Positions 29,371 through 40,922 of a stretch of DNA of 64,000 nt are shown here, piece after piece; positions within the stretch are counted from its first letter, which is position 1, and every line of letters begins with the position of its first letter. Source of the stretch: an uncultured Christensenella sp. GTDB lineage: Bacteria; Bacillota; Clostridia; Christensenellales; UBA1242. The stretch is from contig CASFFG010000005.1 in the NCBI GenBank assembly GCA_949293905.1, forward strand, positions 78-64,077, read 5' to 3'. Below the pieces are notes generated by a model that was not told where the DNA came from, did not search any database, and worked only from the letters and a program-made list of their open reading frames with translations. Position numbers and translations under genes: made by a program.

Positions 29371-29764
29371 ATTCTCGTGTAGTTTCGTCCAAAGTTTTTA
29401 TATCTACAACTTTAGTCTTTTTAGGTAAAAGTGATAATATATTTTCGCTCCACTCTATGAAAATTATACTATCTCTATCATTTAATATTTCGTCAAAGCC
29501 AGACTCTATCGCTTCATCTGTCGTTATTCTATAAGTATCGAAATGGTGTAATCTAAATTTCCCAATATATGTTTTTAAAATAGCAAATGTAGGGCTATTT
29601 ACAATTTCCTTTACTCCCAGAGCGTGAAAAACATACTGCGTAAAAGTTGTTTTACCTGCGCCTAAGTCTCCGTTTAATAACACTACATCTCCCGCTTCCA
29701 AAGTCGAGGCAAAATCTTCGGCTAAATGTTTTGTCTCTTCTAGCGATTTAACTAAATATTTCAT
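29342..29764 (-). CDS. tsaE: tRNA t6A37 synthesis ATPase TsaE
   Basis: 140 aa with LNGDLGAGKTTF (P-loop) and SPTFAI motifs. Confidence 0.9.
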   Translation of the reverse strand: MKYLVKSLEETKHLAEDFASTLEAGDVVLLNGDLGAGKTTFTQYVFHALGVKEIVNSPTFAILKTYIGKFRLHHFDTYRITTDEAIESGFDEILNDRDSIIFIEWSENILSLLPKKTKVVDIKTLDETTREFEIYEKTFD

Positions 29765-31029
29765 TATCTATATATCTTTCTAATAGGTTTTACATGTGGA
29801 ATTTTGACATCTGTTAGACGAACGCAACCTTCGAGTGCTTTAATATTATCGGTCAAGTCCTTATCGTCCTTATAATAGAAGGTTAGAATTTTATCTCCAG
29901 CATGCACAAAATCACCAATTTTTACATGTATCGTAGCACCGATATCATTATCGTGGCTTTCGACACAAAGTCTTCGAGTAAGTTCCCCCAAGGTGAGCGA
30001 GTCTATCGCGCCGACATATCCGTCTCGTTTTGCAACAAAATTGACTGATTTTTTAGGATTAAATAATTTATTTTCATCAATCACTTTAGCATCGCCATGT
30101 TGTTCTCGTACGATATCTAAGAATCTATTATAAGCATTGCCGTAATCGAGCGAAACATTGATTAGTTCAATTAAATCATTGTCTTTCAGGTTGCGGTCCA
30201 ACTTCTTTATTATTTCCAGCGCATAGCGTGTAACAACATTTCTAAGCATACAATGTTTCCCGTGCAAAACATCTAGAGCATCTTCCACTTCAACTGCGTT
30301 ACCTATACCTCCACCAAAAGTTTGTGCAGTATTTGTAACAACTATTACACTACAAACTCCGCATGCATTAAATATATATCTTAACAGTTTTGCAAGTTTA
30401 AGCGCATTCCTATATGTTCCAATAAGGCTAGCAACTCCATATTTTACATCAACTAGAACAACTTTTGCTCCGCTTGCTAATTTCTTGCTGGCGATAGATG
30501 CCGCAAGTAAATTCATATCATCTTCTAATCCGTACTTTTCGCGTAAATCATACAAAATCCTATCCGCAGGGCAAATATCACCATTATGTGATAGCACGCA
30601 TGCGTTAGTAACATTGAGTGCTTCCTTAATCATATCATCGTCTAAATTTACGCTAAAATTAGGAATCGAACCAAATCTATCCGTACTACCATTAGTAAAC
30701 ACGAAAGATTTACTCGTGTTTTTAATCACTTTATAACCAAGGCTTGCCAAAAGTGGAATTAAAGCGACACTTGATGCGTCACCTACTCCGCCAGTAGAGT
30801 GTTTCTCAATAATCGGTTGATTAAACGAAAGCACTCGCCCACTATCGCGCATAGCCAAAGTTAGATACAAAACTTCCCTTCGACTCATACCAAACGAATT
30901 AAGTGCAAGGAAAATTTCAACAATATTTTTATCAATTCCGTTAGTCATAAGGTAATTAATTATTGAATAAAAATCATCTTTTTCTAACTCTTTACTATTC
31001 GCTTTTTTTATAATTAAATCTTTAAACAT
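29764..31029 (-). CDS. pdp: pyrimidine-nucleoside (thymidine) phosphorylase
   Basis: 421 aa with the EKHSTGGVGD phosphate-binding motif and a glycosyl-transferase family 3 core. Confidence 0.88.
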   Translation of the reverse strand: MFKDLIIKKANSKELEKDDFYSIINYLMTNGIDKNIVEIFLALNSFGMSRREVLYLTLAMRDSGRVLSFNQPIIEKHSTGGVGDASSVALIPLLASLGYKVIKNTSKSFVFTNGSTDRFGSIPNFSVNLDDDMIKEALNVTNACVLSHNGDICPADRILYDLREKYGLEDDMNLLAASIASKKLASGAKVVLVDVKYGVASLIGTYRNALKLAKLLRYIFNACGVCSVIVVTNTAQTFGGGIGNAVEVEDALDVLHGKHCMLRNVVTRYALEIIKKLDRNLKDNDLIELINVSLDYGNAYNRFLDIVREQHGDAKVIDENKLFNPKKSVNFVAKRDGYVGAIDSLTLGELTRRLCVESHDNDIGATIHVKIGDFVHAGDKILTFYYKDDKDLTDNIKALEGCVRLTDVKIPHVKPIRKIYR

Positions 31030-31144
31030 ACTCTCCCCTTAATTTAAGTTTATATTTTTAGTCGATATTTGTCAAATAATATCACAAATTAATTCCTTTT
31101 TTAATTTGTTGATTAATTCGCAATAAAGAGTTAAAAATTATCGT

Positions 31145-31933
31145 ATGTCAAAGTTTAAAATAGTAAATTTAATAGATAAAATATTTGTTAGTATTGCGGT
31201 GTTTCTTCTCGCTTACGCGTGGATAAATTTTTATTTAAGAGACTTAATTCTCACCTTTTTTATTTCACTAATCGTTAGTTTTTGCACTGTGTTTTTACTC
31301 TATTATTTTATAGGTAAAAAAGAGTCCAAAAAAAATGCTACTAAAAAAGAAAGTGAAAATTTTTCAAAAACCATTTTAGCGTTTAGAGTTCTTAGCAAAG
31401 AGGACAAAAAGAAAATTTTAATTCAAATAATTGAAAAAAATGCTTGGAAAATTATTGATAGTGAAAATTTAATTTTTCTAAAAGACGGCAAGAATTGTCA
31501 ATTCATTATTGCTACTCATTTAAAAATTAACAATGAATCTTTAATAAATCTAATTGATGAATTTAGGACGGATAAAGTTGATAAAATGTTTGTAATCTGC
31601 GATGATTACGCACAAAATATTAAGACTAACATTTTAAAAAATTTAGAAATTGTTTTAATTGACTCTAAAAAATTTTATTATGAATTTTTATTAAAAAATG
31701 ATATTAATGTTGACACGGGAAATCTAGATTTTAGCGTCACAAAATTTAAGTTTAAGGACTTTCTATATGCCATGTTTTTGCCGAATAAAGCACGCTCATA
31801 TTTTCTATGCGGATTGGTGTTGATATTCAGTAGTATAATTCTACCTTATCACACCTATTATTTAATATTTGGTTCAATATTTTTAATGTTTGCTATAATC
31901 TGTAAACTAATTCCTAAATTCTCAACTCGTTAA
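31145..31933 (+). CDS. hypothetical membrane protein (2 N-terminal and 2 C-terminal TM helices around a soluble domain)
   Basis: 262 aa with no family recognised. There is no SD; an A/T-rich -10-like sequence lies just upstream of the ATG. The 3' end overlaps the convergent cysteine desulfurase gene by 20 nt. Confidence 0.5.
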   Translation: MSKFKIVNLIDKIFVSIAVFLLAYAWINFYLRDLILTFFISLIVSFCTVFLLYYFIGKKESKKNATKKESENFSKTILAFRVLSKEDKKKILIQIIEKNAWKIIDSENLIFLKDGKNCQFIIATHLKINNESLINLIDEFRTDKVDKMFVICDDYAQNIKTNILKNLEIVLIDSKKFYYEFLLKNDINVDTGNLDFSVTKFKFKDFLYAMFLPNKARSYFLCGLVLIFSSIILPYHTYYLIFGSIFLMFAIICKLIPKFSTR

Positions 31934-33038
31934 TTTTTGTAAGAGCGTAAATCAATTTTTTAATTTCTTGTTCGGTGTTATTAAAGTCTAAAGAAATTCT
32001 TATTGCACCTGAACTCATAGTGCCTAGGTGCTTATGAACTAGCGGAGCGCAATGCAAACCAGAACGAACGCAGATATTATATCTCTCGCTCAATATGTTC
32101 GCCACTAGCGAACTATCCATTCCTTTAATGTTTATTAGTGCAATATTTTTTGATTTATCGTTTGAGTAAATTTCTAAAAATTTTAAATTTTTTAGTGAAA
32201 AATATAGAAAATTTGTTAATTTTTCTTCGATTTTTTGTAAATTTTTAAAATTTTTTACTAAAAATTCAATTCCTGCCTTTAAACTGATGATTGGGATTGT
32301 TGGAATTGTGCCCGCTTCCAATCCGTCCGGAATAGTCGACGGTTGGACTAAATTTTCACTTTCTGTTCCTGTCCCACCGAAGATAACAGGCTCTAATTTT
32401 ACACCCCGTTTTATTATTAATCCGCCTACGCCAGTTACCGATAAAAGACCTTTATGCCCAGAAAAAGAGTACATGTCTATATTGCTTTTCTCAAGGTCAA
32501 TTTCAATATGCCCGCTTGCTTGAGCACCATCAACTATATATAAGATATTACGCTCTTTGCAAATGTTGCCGATTTTAGTTATATCGCATACTTCTCCCGT
32601 GACATTTGATAGCGCGGTCGTAATAATGAGTTTTGTATTAGCCTTTATTTCACTCTCAACTTTTTCCGCCAGTTCACTCATCTCGCAATCGATAATGCTA
32701 ATTTCCACTCCTTTATCTTCCAAAAATTTGAGTGGGCGCAAAATTGAATTATGTTCATAGATTGTGGTTATAACATGTTCGCCCGGTTTTAATGTGCCAA
32801 ATATTGCAAGATTCAGTGCTTCAGTGCAATTCTTAGTAAAAACCACATCATAATCGCCCGCGTGAAAAAACTCTTTAATTATCTCGCGTGTTTCATATAT
32901 TATTTCGGCCGTAGCAACAGATAATTTATGTCCGCTCCTACCCGGGTTCGCCGTGTATTTATTCAGTGCGCGAATAATAGAATTTTTAACATGCTCGGGC
33001 TTGTAAAAACTCGTAGCAGAATTATCAAAGTATATCAT
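31914..33038 (-). CDS. class V aminotransferase / cysteine desulfurase
   Basis: PLP-lysine motif SFSGHKGL and active-site cysteine loop RSGLHCAP. I prefer the MIYFDNSATS start (33038); the track start at 33047 is possible. Confidence 0.85.
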   Translation of the reverse strand: MIYFDNSATSFYKPEHVKNSIIRALNKYTANPGRSGHKLSVATAEIIYETREIIKEFFHAGDYDVVFTKNCTEALNLAIFGTLKPGEHVITTIYEHNSILRPLKFLEDKGVEISIIDCEMSELAEKVESEIKANTKLIITTALSNVTGEVCDITKIGNICKERNILYIVDGAQASGHIEIDLEKSNIDMYSFSGHKGLLSVTGVGGLIIKRGVKLEPVIFGGTGTESENLVQPSTIPDGLEAGTIPTIPIISLKAGIEFLVKNFKNLQKIEEKLTNFLYFSLKNLKFLEIYSNDKSKNIALINIKGMDSSLVANILSERYNICVRSGLHCAPLVHKHLGTMSSGAIRISLDFNNTEQEIKKLIYALTKINELRI

Positions 33039-33083
33039 ATAACACATTATGAAATTTAAGAATATTGTGTTATAGAGAGAACT

Positions 33084-33344
33084 ATGAAATACTTAATTAT
33101 TGCTTACAAATCAAGAAATAACCTTTTCTCTGTCAATAGAGTTTTAAATCTCCGCGGAATATCAACGCGCGTAATAAATACGCCACACAGGTTATCCATT
33201 AGTTGCGGATTAAGCATTAGAGTCGACATAAAATCACTTGAAGTCTGTAAAAGCGTGGTTCAAGAGATTAATTTGAATGGATTTATGGGGATATTTTTAG
33301 TGGAAATAAATAATGGCAACGACACTATTACAAGAGTTTTTTAG
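33084..33344 (+). CDS. DUF3343-like small protein (putative S/Se carrier-like)
   Basis: 86 aa. YLIIAYKSRNNLFSVNRVLNLRGISTRVINTPHRLSISCGLSIRV resembles the DUF3343 pattern (a beta-alpha-beta unit with a conserved CG). It is divergent from a cysteine desulfurase, a common pairing. Confidence 0.55.
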   Translation: MKYLIIAYKSRNNLFSVNRVLNLRGISTRVINTPHRLSISCGLSIRVDIKSLEVCKSVVQEINLNGFMGIFLVEINNGNDTITRVF

Positions 33345-33361
33345 TTTGCCAAACTAAAAGA

Positions 33362-33390
33362 TTGACTATTTTATATATTTTTGTTAATAT
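33362..33390 (+). promoter_or_regulatory. promoter placing +1 on the ATG of nth (leaderless)
   Basis: TTGACT (33362-33367), 17 nt, TGt-TAATAT (33385-33390), then 6 nt, then the ATG at 33397. Confidence 0.65.
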
Positions 33391-33396
33391 ATGAAT

Positions 33397-35306
<1,910 letters not shown>

Positions 35307-35315
35307 GGAGAATTT

Positions 35316-35609
35316 ATGATAACCAAAAAAGAGCGCATTACTTTACGGTCAATCGCTAGCAGCATAAAGCCTACAATCTGGGTTGGAAAGGACGGATTTG
35401 GCGAAAATGTGTTAAACCAAATTGATACCGAACTTTTTGACCACGAATTAGTTAAAATCAGCATGCAAGAAAATTCTAATCCTTTAACCGAATTTGAACT
35501 TAGTGAACTCGCGGTTAAACTTGGAGCAGAAGTCGTTACTACCATTGGAAGAAAAATTGTTCTGTATCGTCATAGCGAGAAAAAAGGCATTAAACATGTT
35601 TTAAATTAA
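35316..35609 (+). CDS. yhbY: YhbY-family (CRM domain) RNA-binding protein
   Basis: 97 aa. LRSIASSIKPTIWVGKDGFGENVLNQIDTELFDHELVKI matches the YhbY pattern, and it follows obg as in many Firmicutes. Confidence 0.85.
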   Translation: MITKKERITLRSIASSIKPTIWVGKDGFGENVLNQIDTELFDHELVKISMQENSNPLTEFELSELAVKLGAEVVTTIGRKIVLYRHSEKKGIKHVLN

Positions 35610-35692
35610 AAATTTAAAATTTTTTGTAAAATGTTTTAATTTTATAGGTTTTTTATATTATTTTTAAATAATTTTACAAATTTTTTATTTAT

Positions 35693-36190
35693 CTACTCTA
35701 CTTTAGTATAATTTTTAATTTCAAAATCAGTAGTCTTTCTTTCTTTTAATTTAGATTTAGTATTCGAGTTTTCTTTCTTTTTAGGCTTCAAAAAATCGAA
35801 AATTTTATCAATTCCTCCCATTGACTGTAAGCCTGAGAAGATATTGGATAGATTAAATCCTTCCCCGCTCTCGCTACCACTTTTGCCCAACAAGTTGATT
35901 ATATTGGACGCGTTCCCGCCCTTAAATAAGCCCGCAAGTAATGGCGCGAGACTTTTAAAATCAAATGAAAATGGGAACGGGTTAGAATTGTTTTGATTGT
36001 GATTACATGGCTTATTTGTCGGCACACAATCACAATTTTTTTTAGTGAAATTGTTGTTCATATAATAGTTGGGAAGTGTTTCGTACGGTTCTTGAAATAC
36101 AATCTTTTTTTCTTGCTTAGGCGGATTAAAATGTTGTATGTATGCGTTAGGTTCAACGAAAAGTGCGTTCGTGCTATCTTCATTTATCAT
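35693..36190 (-). CDS. hypothetical low-complexity protein (N/P/F-rich, Cys cluster)
   Basis: 165 aa, KKNCDCVPTNKPCNHNQNNSNPFPFSFDF. No family recognised. No SD; a CATAAT-like box lies just upstream of the ATG. Confidence 0.4.
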   Translation of the reverse strand: MINEDSTNALFVEPNAYIQHFNPPKQEKKIVFQEPYETLPNYYMNNNFTKKNCDCVPTNKPCNHNQNNSNPFPFSFDFKSLAPLLAGLFKGGNASNIINLLGKSGSESGEGFNLSNIFSGLQSMGGIDKIFDFLKPKKKENSNTKSKLKERKTTDFEIKNYTKVE

Positions 36191-36271
36191 AATATTTATT
36201 ATGAAAAATCTTAAAGTATTGCCAATATTGACAAATATTCTTTTTAACTCATAAGTATATTCGAGGTGTTT

Positions 36272-36550
36272 ATGCCAAGAGATTTTAAATCATTTTCAAA
36301 AAATTATAGTGAAAACAAAATCACTGACGAAAAAACTAAAGAATATGAAGATTTGATTGATAAATACAAAAACATGGATAACAATGAACTAATGTCTAAT
36401 CTTTTCAGTGAAGCGAGCAAGTTGAAGAAAGAAGGAAAATTAGATAGTGCCACGCTGAACAATCTAAAAACCACCCTATCTCCTTTTTTAAACAGTGAGC
36501 AAAACGAGATGTTGAATGGGCTAATCCGTGCGATTGATGAAACAAAATAA
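36272..36550 (+). CDS. hypothetical helical protein (92 aa)
   Basis: GAGG RBS before the ATG at 36272 (the track start is GTG at 36266). K/E/N-rich helical sequence. The 3' end overlaps the possible starts of the protease ORF. Confidence 0.5.
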   Translation: MPRDFKSFSKNYSENKITDEKTKEYEDLIDKYKNMDNNELMSNLFSEASKLKKEGKLDSATLNNLKTTLSPFLNSEQNEMLNGLIRAIDETK

Positions 36551-37658
36551 AATTAGCCCAGATTTGCTTAAACAAGTAAGTATAATGGGCGAAAATTGCC
36601 CACACTCTTTTCGCGTTTTGGTCGAAGCACAAGATTTTTCTTTGACTAAAAAATTTTTAGAAAAATACAAATACAAGTTTATTCCTTACAGATTTGTAAA
36701 CTGCTTTTGTATAGATGCGGACGAAGATGATTTAGGTATACTTTCAAGTCAAAACTTTGTTAAATACATTCATTCTAATCCGCGTGTAATGGCGGAAAAT
36801 TTTAATGAAGATTTAATAAATTTAAGGAATTTAACTAAAGGCGAATTTTATGGGCAAAATAACACAATTTGCTTTATAGATACTGGAATTTCTCCGCACC
36901 TAGACTTTGTTTTTCCGCAAAATAAGATACTTAAATTTATAGATTTTACCGAGAAAAACAATATTCCGCACGATGACAATGGGCACGGGACTTTTGTCTC
37001 AGGTATTGCATGCGGAAACGGGATTTTATCTAAAGAATTTGAAGGTATTGCAACTAAGTCGAACATCATCTCGCTTAAAGCACTTTCTAAGGAAGGCAAC
37101 AGCACTAGCAATGTGATTTTAGACGCCATGCAGTGGGTATATGAAAATCATAAAGTTTACAATATTTCAGTGGTCTGTATGAGTTTTGGAGCAGATGTGA
37201 TTAACGACAATGACCCACTCTCTCGCGGAGCGGAAAGCCTCTGGAAACGCGGAATTGTGGTTGTTGCTGCGGCTGGAAACAGTGGACCAAAGACGAATTC
37301 CATTAAGTCACCTGGAAATAATCCATATATCATCACTGTGGGTGCACTTGATAGCAAAAACATGACAGTGGCAGATTTTAGCAGTCGTGGACCTACGATT
37401 TATGGGCACAAACCAGACTTGGTTGCTCCCGGGGTAGATTTACGTTCGTGCAGTAATTCAAGTTTTCCGTACGCAAGCATGTCAGGGACTAGTGTTGCTA
37501 CTCCTATCGTCGCCGGAATTTGTGCGATTATAAAATCGAGATACCCAGAAATGAAAGCAGATGAAATTAAAAGATTTTTGTTACTCCATTGTACTCCAAT
37601 TACAAATAATGTTGATGTGGAGGGCGCAGGTTATATCAATTTTAAAAATTTAGATTAA
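36528..37658 (+). CDS. subtilisin-like (S8) serine protease, no signal peptide
   Basis: Catalytic triad context: ICFIDTGIS (Asp), DDNGHGTFVSG (His), MSGTSVATPIVAG (Ser). The start is ambiguous (GTG 36528, TTG 36534, ATG 36537) and none has a clear SD. Confidence 0.82.
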   Translation: MRLMKQNKISPDLLKQVSIMGENCPHSFRVLVEAQDFSLTKKFLEKYKYKFIPYRFVNCFCIDADEDDLGILSSQNFVKYIHSNPRVMAENFNEDLINLRNLTKGEFYGQNNTICFIDTGISPHLDFVFPQNKILKFIDFTEKNNIPHDDNGHGTFVSGIACGNGILSKEFEGIATKSNIISLKALSKEGNSTSNVILDAMQWVYENHKVYNISVVCMSFGADVINDNDPLSRGAESLWKRGIVVVAAAGNSGPKTNSIKSPGNNPYIITVGALDSKNMTVADFSSRGPTIYGHKPDLVAPGVDLRSCSNSSFPYASMSGTSVATPIVAGICAIIKSRYPEMKADEIKRFLLLHCTPITNNVDVEGAGYINFKNLD

Positions 37659-37662
37659 TAGA

Positions 37663-37690
37663 TTGAAAAATTTTTTAATTTTGATATAAT
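37663..37690 (+). promoter_or_regulatory. promoter placing +1 on the ATG at 37697 (leaderless)
   Basis: TTGAAA (37663-37668), 16 nt, TGa-TATAAT (37685-37690), then 6 nt (ctttac), then ATG. Confidence 0.7.
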
Positions 37691-37696
37691 CTTTAC

Positions 37697-38326
37697 ATGA
37701 TTGAATTAAAAGACCTTTCAATAAAATACATTGATGATTTTTATATGCTTTTAAATATTAATCTTAGTATTGATGAAAATACTCTTTTTCTCGGCGATGA
37801 GATGAGTGGAAATTGGGCAGTGCTTAGATTAATCGCTGGAATAGACAAAAATTATTCGGGCGATATTTTTATTGATGGGAAAAATATAAAGGAGATAAAA
37901 GAAAAAGAATTTAATCTCGCTTTTGTTAGCAAAACTCCATATTTATTTAATACAACGATTGATAAAAATTTAATGTATCCTTTAAAAATTAGAAGAAAAA
38001 ATTTAAAAATAAATAAAAATGAGATAAAAAATATTGTAAATTTATATATTTTAAATAATAATTTAGAAAATTTTCCTAAAAAAATTAAAAATTTATCATT
38101 ATCACAAAAAAAGATTATTACACTTGCACGAGCAATTATTAGAGAACCTAAATATATTTTAATTGAAAATTTATTTGAAAATATGGAAGAAACTGAGATA
38201 AATATTGCTTTAAATATGTTAGAAAATAGTAAAAGTATAATAATTGCATGCGACAAGGAAGAAAATCTAAAATATTATAAAAATTTTAAAGTTATTAATT
38301 TATATTTTGGTAGTGTAAAAAATTAA
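37697..38326 (+). CDS. ABC-ATPase-fold protein with all catalytic motifs degenerate (predicted pseudo-ATPase)
   Basis: 209 aa, collinear with an ABC nucleotide-binding domain. Walker A reads GDEMSGNW, the Q-loop reads VSKTP, the signature reads LSLSQ, and Walker B reads ILIENL. No permease gene is adjacent. Confidence 0.72.
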   Translation: MIELKDLSIKYIDDFYMLLNINLSIDENTLFLGDEMSGNWAVLRLIAGIDKNYSGDIFIDGKNIKEIKEKEFNLAFVSKTPYLFNTTIDKNLMYPLKIRRKNLKINKNEIKNIVNLYILNNNLENFPKKIKNLSLSQKKIITLARAIIREPKYILIENLFENMEETEINIALNMLENSKSIIIACDKEENLKYYKNFKVINLYFGSVKN

Positions 38327-38341
38327 CTATAAAAATAAAAA

Positions 38342-38396
38342 ATCACTGAAATTTTAAGAAAATAGTTTAATTTACTTTATTTTCAGTGATTTTTTA
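38342..38396. terminator. bidirectional terminator between the ABC-like gene and clpC
   Basis: 10-bp stem ATCACTGAAA (38342-38351) / TTTCAGTGAT (38381-38390) with a large A/T loop, flanked by an A-run and a T-run. Confidence 0.65.
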
Positions 38397-38438
38397 TATA
38401 ATTTTTTAATTTTTATTTAATTTTAGTTAACAGAAATT

Positions 38439-40922
38439 TTAGTCATCTTTATTTTCGGTTTCGTCTTTTGTTAAGAAAGATAAATTTCCGTCTTTGCAAT
38501 CAACCAAAACTTTATCGCCCGACTTAATTTCTCCACGCAGCATTTTATCCGCCAATTCGTCTTCAATTTTGCTTGTTATCAATCTACGCAATGGACGAGC
38601 ACCAAACTCTTCGCTTGTACCATTCTTCACTAAATAGTTTAATGTTGATGTCGTAAACTTTAACTCAACATTACTTTGACGAAGATTCTTATTTAAGTCA
38701 GCAAGCATCTTCTTAGCAATATCTCTTAATACGCCTTGGTCGAGTTTATTAAATATAACGATATTGTCTATACGGTTAATGAGTTCTGGCTTAAAATATT
38801 TTTTAAGTTCAGTCATCATAACAGCGGACTTATCTTGTGCCTTTTTCTCATTAAATCCTAAGTCAACACTCGTCTTATTAAGTTTATCACTACCGATGTT
38901 CGATGTTAAGATTATAAGTGTATTTTTAAAACTTACGACTTTACCATGGCTATCAGTTAGTCGACCGTCGTCCAAGATTTGAAGTAACATATTGAATACT
39001 TCTGGGTGCGCTTTTTCTATCTCATCGAATAGAACTACACTATACGGTTTTCTTCTAACCTGTTCAGTTAACTGACCGCCGTCATCAAACCCAACATATC
39101 CTGGAGGGCTACCGATTAATTTACTAACGCTATGTGCTTCCATGAATTCGCTCATGTCAAGACGAATTATCTTATTTTCATCATCGAACAGTGCTTCGGC
39201 TAATGCTTTACTAAGTTCAGTCTTACCTACACCAGTAGGTCCTAAGAATAGGAAACTTCCTATTGGACGTTTAGGATCGCGAATTCCTATACGGCTACGG
39301 CGAATTGCTTTTGCGACTTTTTCAATCGCTTCGTCCTGACCTTTAACACGCAACTTTAATGTCTTTTCAAGATTTAAAAGTTTTTCCGCTTCGCCTTCGG
39401 TCAATTTAGTTAATGGGATATTTGTCCATTTACTTACAACCTCGGCAACATCTTGCTCGGTTATGGTTGCAACTTCGCTATTCTCACTTGGGGCAGATTT
39501 TTCCTTCTCTATTTCATCTTTTAGTTTTGAGATTTGGTCTCTGTATTTTCCTGCCTTTTCAAAATCTTCTTTATTTACTGCGTCCGCTTTTTCTGTTTCA
39601 AGTTTATTAAGTTTCTCTCTAAGCGCGCGCACTTTTTTAGAATCATAATTTGTCTTTACTTTTGCTCTGCTTGATGCTTCATCTATCAAGTCAATCGCCT
39701 TATCTGGAAGGCTTCTATCCTGAATATATCTATCAGATAGGTTAGCGGCGGCATTGATTGCTTCATCGCTAATCTTAACCTTATGGAATGCTTCATAACT
39801 ATCTCTAAGACCTTTCAATATCTCGATTGTCTGCTCAACTGTTGGCGGGTCTACATTAATAGGTTGGAAACGACGCTCTAATGCCTTATCCTTTTCGATA
39901 TATTTCCTATATTCGTCCGTAGTGGTAGCACCTATTGTCTGCATCTCACCACGCGCTAAATATGGTTTTAACATATCGGCGGGGTTAGTTTCACCCTTAT
40001 CACTACCAACTTGTGCAAGAGTATGAATTTCATCTATGAAGGTTATTATATTCTTATTTTGAGTAATAGTTTCTATCGCGTTTTTAAGTTTTTCTTCCAT
40101 AGAACCACGATACTTTGTACCCGCCATAAGTCCGCCAATGTCTAGGCTGTAAATAATCTTATTTTTCAAAAATGCAGGAACATCACCAGAAACAATTCTT
40201 CGTGCTAGTCCCTCCACTATTGCAGTCTTACCTACACCGGCTTCACCGATCAATACTGGGTTGTTTTTAGTCTTTCTGCAAAGGATTTCAATCATTCGCT
40301 CGATTTCGTTATCCCTACCAATGATTGGGTCAATTTTACCATTCTTTGCACGCAAGGTTAAATCACTTCCCATATCAAGAAGTTCTTGTGGAAGTTCGCT
40401 AGTATAGTTGTTCTGTCCGTTAGAGTTTGAGTTATTGCTCATTCCACCAACTTGAACAAACCCGTCCATATTAAAGCCTGAATTTGAATTGTTTTGCATT
40501 TGATTTGTAGTCATCAATGGAATAGCCTTATTTCTTAATTCATATATATTAATTTTTAATGCGTCGCGCAAAATTTTAATTGCAAAACTATCTTCCTGGC
40601 TGAGCAGTGCTACTAACAAATGCTCGGTCGAAATATAGTTTGTACGCGTACGCTTTGCCACACTGCCCGCTATCATGAGTAATTCCTTTACGCGTGGAGT
40701 AAGTTCAACGCTCGCGGACGGGATTTTTGAACTTGTGTTATCTAAGACATCTTTAATTATATCTGCATCTACGCGATACGAATTTAATAGGCGTTTAGAT
40801 TTACTCTCCACCTTTGTGAGTCCGTATAGCACATGTTCAGTCCCGACTTCGTTTCCGTAACTACCTGCGATTTGAGTGGCAATTTGCATACATCTATTCG
40901 CTAAATCGGTTAAATTATACAT
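38439..40922 (-). CDS. clpC: ATP-dependent Clp protease ATPase subunit ClpC
   Basis: 827 aa with N-terminal Clp repeats, two AAA+ modules (GEAGVGKTA and GPTGVGKTE) and a UVR-like linker. It is the last gene of the ctsR operon. Confidence 0.95.
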   Translation of the reverse strand: MYNLTDLANRCMQIATQIAGSYGNEVGTEHVLYGLTKVESKSKRLLNSYRVDADIIKDVLDNTSSKIPSASVELTPRVKELLMIAGSVAKRTRTNYISTEHLLVALLSQEDSFAIKILRDALKINIYELRNKAIPLMTTNQMQNNSNSGFNMDGFVQVGGMSNNSNSNGQNNYTSELPQELLDMGSDLTLRAKNGKIDPIIGRDNEIERMIEILCRKTKNNPVLIGEAGVGKTAIVEGLARRIVSGDVPAFLKNKIIYSLDIGGLMAGTKYRGSMEEKLKNAIETITQNKNIITFIDEIHTLAQVGSDKGETNPADMLKPYLARGEMQTIGATTTDEYRKYIEKDKALERRFQPINVDPPTVEQTIEILKGLRDSYEAFHKVKISDEAINAAANLSDRYIQDRSLPDKAIDLIDEASSRAKVKTNYDSKKVRALREKLNKLETEKADAVNKEDFEKAGKYRDQISKLKDEIEKEKSAPSENSEVATITEQDVAEVVSKWTNIPLTKLTEGEAEKLLNLEKTLKLRVKGQDEAIEKVAKAIRRSRIGIRDPKRPIGSFLFLGPTGVGKTELSKALAEALFDDENKIIRLDMSEFMEAHSVSKLIGSPPGYVGFDDGGQLTEQVRRKPYSVVLFDEIEKAHPEVFNMLLQILDDGRLTDSHGKVVSFKNTLIILTSNIGSDKLNKTSVDLGFNEKKAQDKSAVMMTELKKYFKPELINRIDNIVIFNKLDQGVLRDIAKKMLADLNKNLRQSNVELKFTTSTLNYLVKNGTSEEFGARPLRRLITSKIEDELADKMLRGEIKSGDKVLVDCKDGNLSFLTKDETENKDD

